In this document: piece by piece, positions 46,885 to 49,620 of the stretch
Layout of the letters: every line of letters begins with the position of its first letter
How positions within the stretch are numbered: the first letter of the stretch is position 1
Assembly (NCBI GenBank): GCA_051874735.1
Contig: JBJEGD010000017.1
Coordinates: 1-49,620 of the forward strand
Direction: 5' to 3'
Length of the DNA: 49,620 nucleotides
Source of the DNA: Candidatus Bruticola sp.
Lineage (GTDB): Bacteria > Vulcanimicrobiota > Xenobia > Xenobiales > Xenobiaceae
Position numbers and translations under genes: made by a program
The notes under the pieces: model-generated
The model's input: only the letters and a program-made list of their open reading frames with translations
Databases searched by the model: none
What the model was told of the DNA's origin: nothing

Positions 46885-48354
46885 ATGCGCGAAGATAAAG
46901 TAAAAGAAATATTTGCTGATATGGTCGTTCTTAAGGACCCTCAGCGGAGTGAATATTTTTCCAATTTGAGTATACCTTCATATATGCGCGACTGGTTAGT
47001 TATGAAATTTTCCGACGATGAAGGAAAAATTGATTACGATAGCGTTGGACGATATATAAAGCGCTATATTCCTAACCGCGAAGATTTTGAACAATATAAA
47101 TTTCAAATAGTCAACGGGGAAACGGTTCAATTTTTGGCGCGTGTGCGTGTTTCTGTTGATATTAAAAGCGGTCAAACAGTCTTTGAACTGCCAGATTTTG
47201 GAGGGGCCCGCGGGGGAGCCAGTGGCGTAGTCGAATACGACGTCGTTGAAAAATGGCAGAGAACTCTGCTGCGAGAAAGCGAAAATTGGGGCATAATTAC
47301 TCTCTGCTGGAATATGGACGAGGAAAAATCCCGTTCTAAGCATAAGGGCCTTATTTTAATGTCTGGATATAAACCTTTCTGCCCTTACGATATCGATTTA
47401 GAATTTTACAGAGAAGCCAGACGGAATTTTTCTATTCAAGAGTGGATAGACGTCATAATAGAAGCTATAGACTATAACCCCGATGGTTATTTAGATAATG
47501 AAGGCGCCGTAAGTGAAAGTAAAAAACTCTATTTCTTGCGCCGTCTGCTTCCTTTTGTAGAAAAGAGAATCAATTTAATTGAGTTAGCCCCTAAAGGAAC
47601 TGGTAAAAGCTACGTATTTGAAAAAATTAGCAAGCGCGGGTGGTTAATTAGCGGCGGTACAGTCTCCCGCGCCTCATTAATCTATGATAACGCTAAAAAG
47701 ACCGGCGGACTGTTGACCCGGTTTGACTTCGTTGGCTTCGATGAGGTGCAGTCGATTACTTTTGAACAGCCCGGTCAAATTCAGCAAGCCTTAAAACATT
47801 ATATGGAGTATGGCGAAATTAAAGGATTTGACGCTTCTCTTTCGTCTGGCGCCGGCGTGATCGTGCTGGGTAATATTAATGCAGATCGGTTTGATATTAA
47901 TAAAAATATGGTGGCCAACATTAGCGAAGTTTTTGCCGAATCAGCCACTTTAGACCGTTTCCACGGATTTATTCCTGGTTGGGAAATTCCGCGTATGACT
48001 ACAGGTATGATCGCCAAAGGATGGGCAATCAATACAGAATACTTTGCTGAAGTTGTACATGCATTAAGAGAAGATTTAAGTTATGCTGCAGTAGTTGATG
48101 ATATAATCGAGTTTCCCTCAAATGCTGATAAGCGTCATATGACAGCTATAAAACGCCTGTGCACGGCTTTTCTGAAGTTACTGTTCCCGCATGTGCAGAA
48201 GAGTAGCGATATCAGCATAGACGACTTTAGAAAATATTGCTTAGAGCCTGCAATAGAAATGAGAACTGCTATTTATAAACAACTTTGCATTATTGATCCT
48301 AAGGAATACGATGTACCTAGCAAATCTATTCCTTCTGTGAGCTGCAGGCAATAA
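46885..48354 (+). CDS. brxL: BREX BrxL-like AAA+ protein without a Lon protease domain
   Basis: EWIDV, RLLPFVE, ELAPKGTGKS, FDEV, LDRFHGFIPGWEIP, A.EMR motifs. Confidence 0.88.
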   Translation: MREDKVKEIFADMVVLKDPQRSEYFSNLSIPSYMRDWLVMKFSDDEGKIDYDSVGRYIKRYIPNREDFEQYKFQIVNGETVQFLARVRVSVDIKSGQTVFELPDFGGARGGASGVVEYDVVEKWQRTLLRESENWGIITLCWNMDEEKSRSKHKGLILMSGYKPFCPYDIDLEFYREARRNFSIQEWIDVIIEAIDYNPDGYLDNEGAVSESKKLYFLRRLLPFVEKRINLIELAPKGTGKSYVFEKISKRGWLISGGTVSRASLIYDNAKKTGGLLTRFDFVGFDEVQSITFEQPGQIQQALKHYMEYGEIKGFDASLSSGAGVIVLGNINADRFDINKNMVANISEVFAESATLDRFHGFIPGWEIPRMTTGMIAKGWAINTEYFAEVVHALREDLSYAAVVDDIIEFPSNADKRHMTAIKRLCTAFLKLLFPHVQKSSDISIDDFRKYCLEPAIEMRTAIYKQLCIIDPKEYDVPSKSIPSVSCRQ

Positions 48355-48396
48355 CCGGGGAGTAATTATTTAATCTCTATATAATAAAAGTGCATC

Positions 48397-49512
48397 ATGA
48401 TATACGCTGATAATGCTGCTTCTGCGCCTTTAAGTCAGGTCGCTTTGCAGGCAATTTTGCCTTGGCTGCAGAGTGAGTATGCTAATGCTTCTCAGCCTTA
48501 TAGCTTGGCTCGCCGGTCTAGGAAGGCTATAGCGGAAGCCAGAGCGATTATTGCTGATTGTTTGGGAGCTATTCCCGAGGAAATTTATTTTACTTCTGGA
48601 GGTACAGAGAGCGACAATTGGGCTATAAAAGCTCCGGCTCTCTTCGGTGGTTGCCGTACGGTTATAGCTTCGTCTATAGAGCATCATGCCGTGCTGCGGT
48701 CTTGTGAAGTTTGTGCTAAAGCCGGCTGCCAGGTTTTATACTTGCCAGTTGACAGTTGCGGCGTTATTTCTAGTTCTGCTTTAGCGAAAAGTTTGCCTAG
48801 TCAGGGGCGGGCGCTAGTTTCCTGCATGTTAGCTAATAATGAGATTGGCACTATAGAACCTATTGCAGAATTGTGCAATATTGCGCACCAGCGCGGTGCT
48901 CTTTTCCATACTGACGCCGTCCAAGCTGTAGGTCATATCGAAATTAATGTTCAAGAATTGGGCGTCGATCTATTGTCTGCTTCTGCACATAAATTTAATG
49001 GTCCTAAGGGCATAGGCTTCCTATATGTGCGCCGAGGTACTGAACTTCCTGCCTATATAAGCGGAGGAGATCAGGAAATGGGATTGCGGGCAGGAACAGA
49101 AAATGTTGCTTCTATTGTCGGTATGGCTGCTGCTTTAGCTGAGAACTGCCACAATTTGGTTGAGCAGCAAGGTAAGCTGCGCTCAATAGAAAAGCGCTTG
49201 CTCAACAATTTAGATATTTCTGGCATAAAATACCGGCGCAACGGTAGCAGCTGCGGGCTGCCTGGTTTAATTAGCTTATCGTTTAAAGGGGCCAGTGGGG
49301 AGGCTCTGTTGCATCGTTTAGATTTAAAAGGCATTAGCGTATCTACAGGGGCAGCCTGCAATAGCCGCAGCGTGGAAGTTTCTCATGTCTTGCAGGCCAT
49401 AAATTTAGACAAAGACTGGGCCCACGGCACTATTCGTATATCCTTTGGGTGTAGTAATTCGGAAGAAGAGGCAGAGCAAATCGCCGAAGCTTTGATAAAA
49501 ATTTTAGCTTAA
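48397..49512 (+). CDS. Cysteine desulfurase (IscS/DndA-like)
   Basis: IY.DNAA, FTSGGTESDN, IEHHAV, HTDAVQA, SAHKFNGPKG (PLP Lys), RAGTEN, STGAAC (catalytic Cys). Confidence 0.95.
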   Translation: MIYADNAASAPLSQVALQAILPWLQSEYANASQPYSLARRSRKAIAEARAIIADCLGAIPEEIYFTSGGTESDNWAIKAPALFGGCRTVIASSIEHHAVLRSCEVCAKAGCQVLYLPVDSCGVISSSALAKSLPSQGRALVSCMLANNEIGTIEPIAELCNIAHQRGALFHTDAVQAVGHIEINVQELGVDLLSASAHKFNGPKGIGFLYVRRGTELPAYISGGDQEMGLRAGTENVASIVGMAAALAENCHNLVEQQGKLRSIEKRLLNNLDISGIKYRRNGSSCGLPGLISLSFKGASGEALLHRLDLKGISVSTGAACNSRSVEVSHVLQAINLDKDWAHGTIRISFGCSNSEEEAEQIAEALIKILA

Positions 49513-49529
49513 GATTGTGGGTAAAGCAG

Positions 49530-49620
49530 ATGAGTAAAAATAAAGTGCCCTCCATTCGCTTTGGTGGTTTTGATAAGGCTTGGGAAGAGCGCAAGTTGGG
49601 TGAAGTTGTATGTATAACAT
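49530..49620 (+). CDS. hsdS: Type I restriction-modification specificity subunit, 5' part, truncated by the window edge
   Basis: Manual translation MSKNKVPSIRFGGFDKAWEERKLGEVVCIT matches the HsdS conserved N-terminus VP..RF.GF...WE.RKLG. Confidence 0.82.
   Translation, partial: MSKNKVPSIRFGGFDKAWEERKLGEVVCIT

Larger units (their letters stand above)
32520..49620 (+). other. tRNA-Trp-adjacent defence island, open at the right edge
   Basis: Continuous co-oriented defence genes begin right after the tRNA terminator; no integrase or att repeat seen in the window. Confidence 0.6.

Noticed and set aside
292-49361. Many short antisense or alternate-frame ORFs nested in larger genes
   Set aside because: Shadow ORFs of well-supported genes with no motifs of their own
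37670-49512. Classical Dnd or SspABCD-E system
   Set aside because: No DndB/D/E or SspE is recognisable; PglZ and BrxL identify it as BREX type 4
48397-49512. Housekeeping iscS of an Fe-S or tRNA-thiolation operon
   Set aside because: No iscR, iscU, suf or mnmA neighbours; embedded in the BREX operon, so the gene symbol was left empty
32520-49620. Prophage, ICE or IS element
   Set aside because: No integrase, transposase, phage structural or conjugation genes, and no terminal repeats seen

Overview
Bacterial chromosomal window of roughly 40% GC (estimated by eye) with two parts. (1) 1-32.5 kb is mostly housekeeping and envelope genes: M13 peptidase, TrmJ-like methyltransferase, ddl, YbjD/OLD nuclease, B12 radical SAM, mutM, M28 enzyme, LOG, HU, lepA, two YbjN-like proteins, GT4, rsmI, cdd, a lytic transglycosylase and tRNA-Trp. 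It also holds a hopanoid side-chain cluster (hpnA-hpnG-hpnI convergent with hpnH plus a methyltransferase). (2) Directly after tRNA-Trp, from 32.7 kb to the end, is a co-oriented defence island. It encodes a ~1640-aa protein with five divergent copies of a putative DNA-reading domain, then a type 4 (phosphorothioate-type) BREX operon: brxP, brxC, pglZ, a 67-aa Cys-rich protein, a Lon-less brxL and a cysteine desulfurase. The start of a type I RM HsdS gene, absent from the ORF track, follows at the window edge. The most unusual signals are the repeat-array protein with conserved DNA flanks, a GC mosaic and an internal start site inside brxP, and the small Cys-rich gene. All family calls come from motif recognition; no database searches were run.
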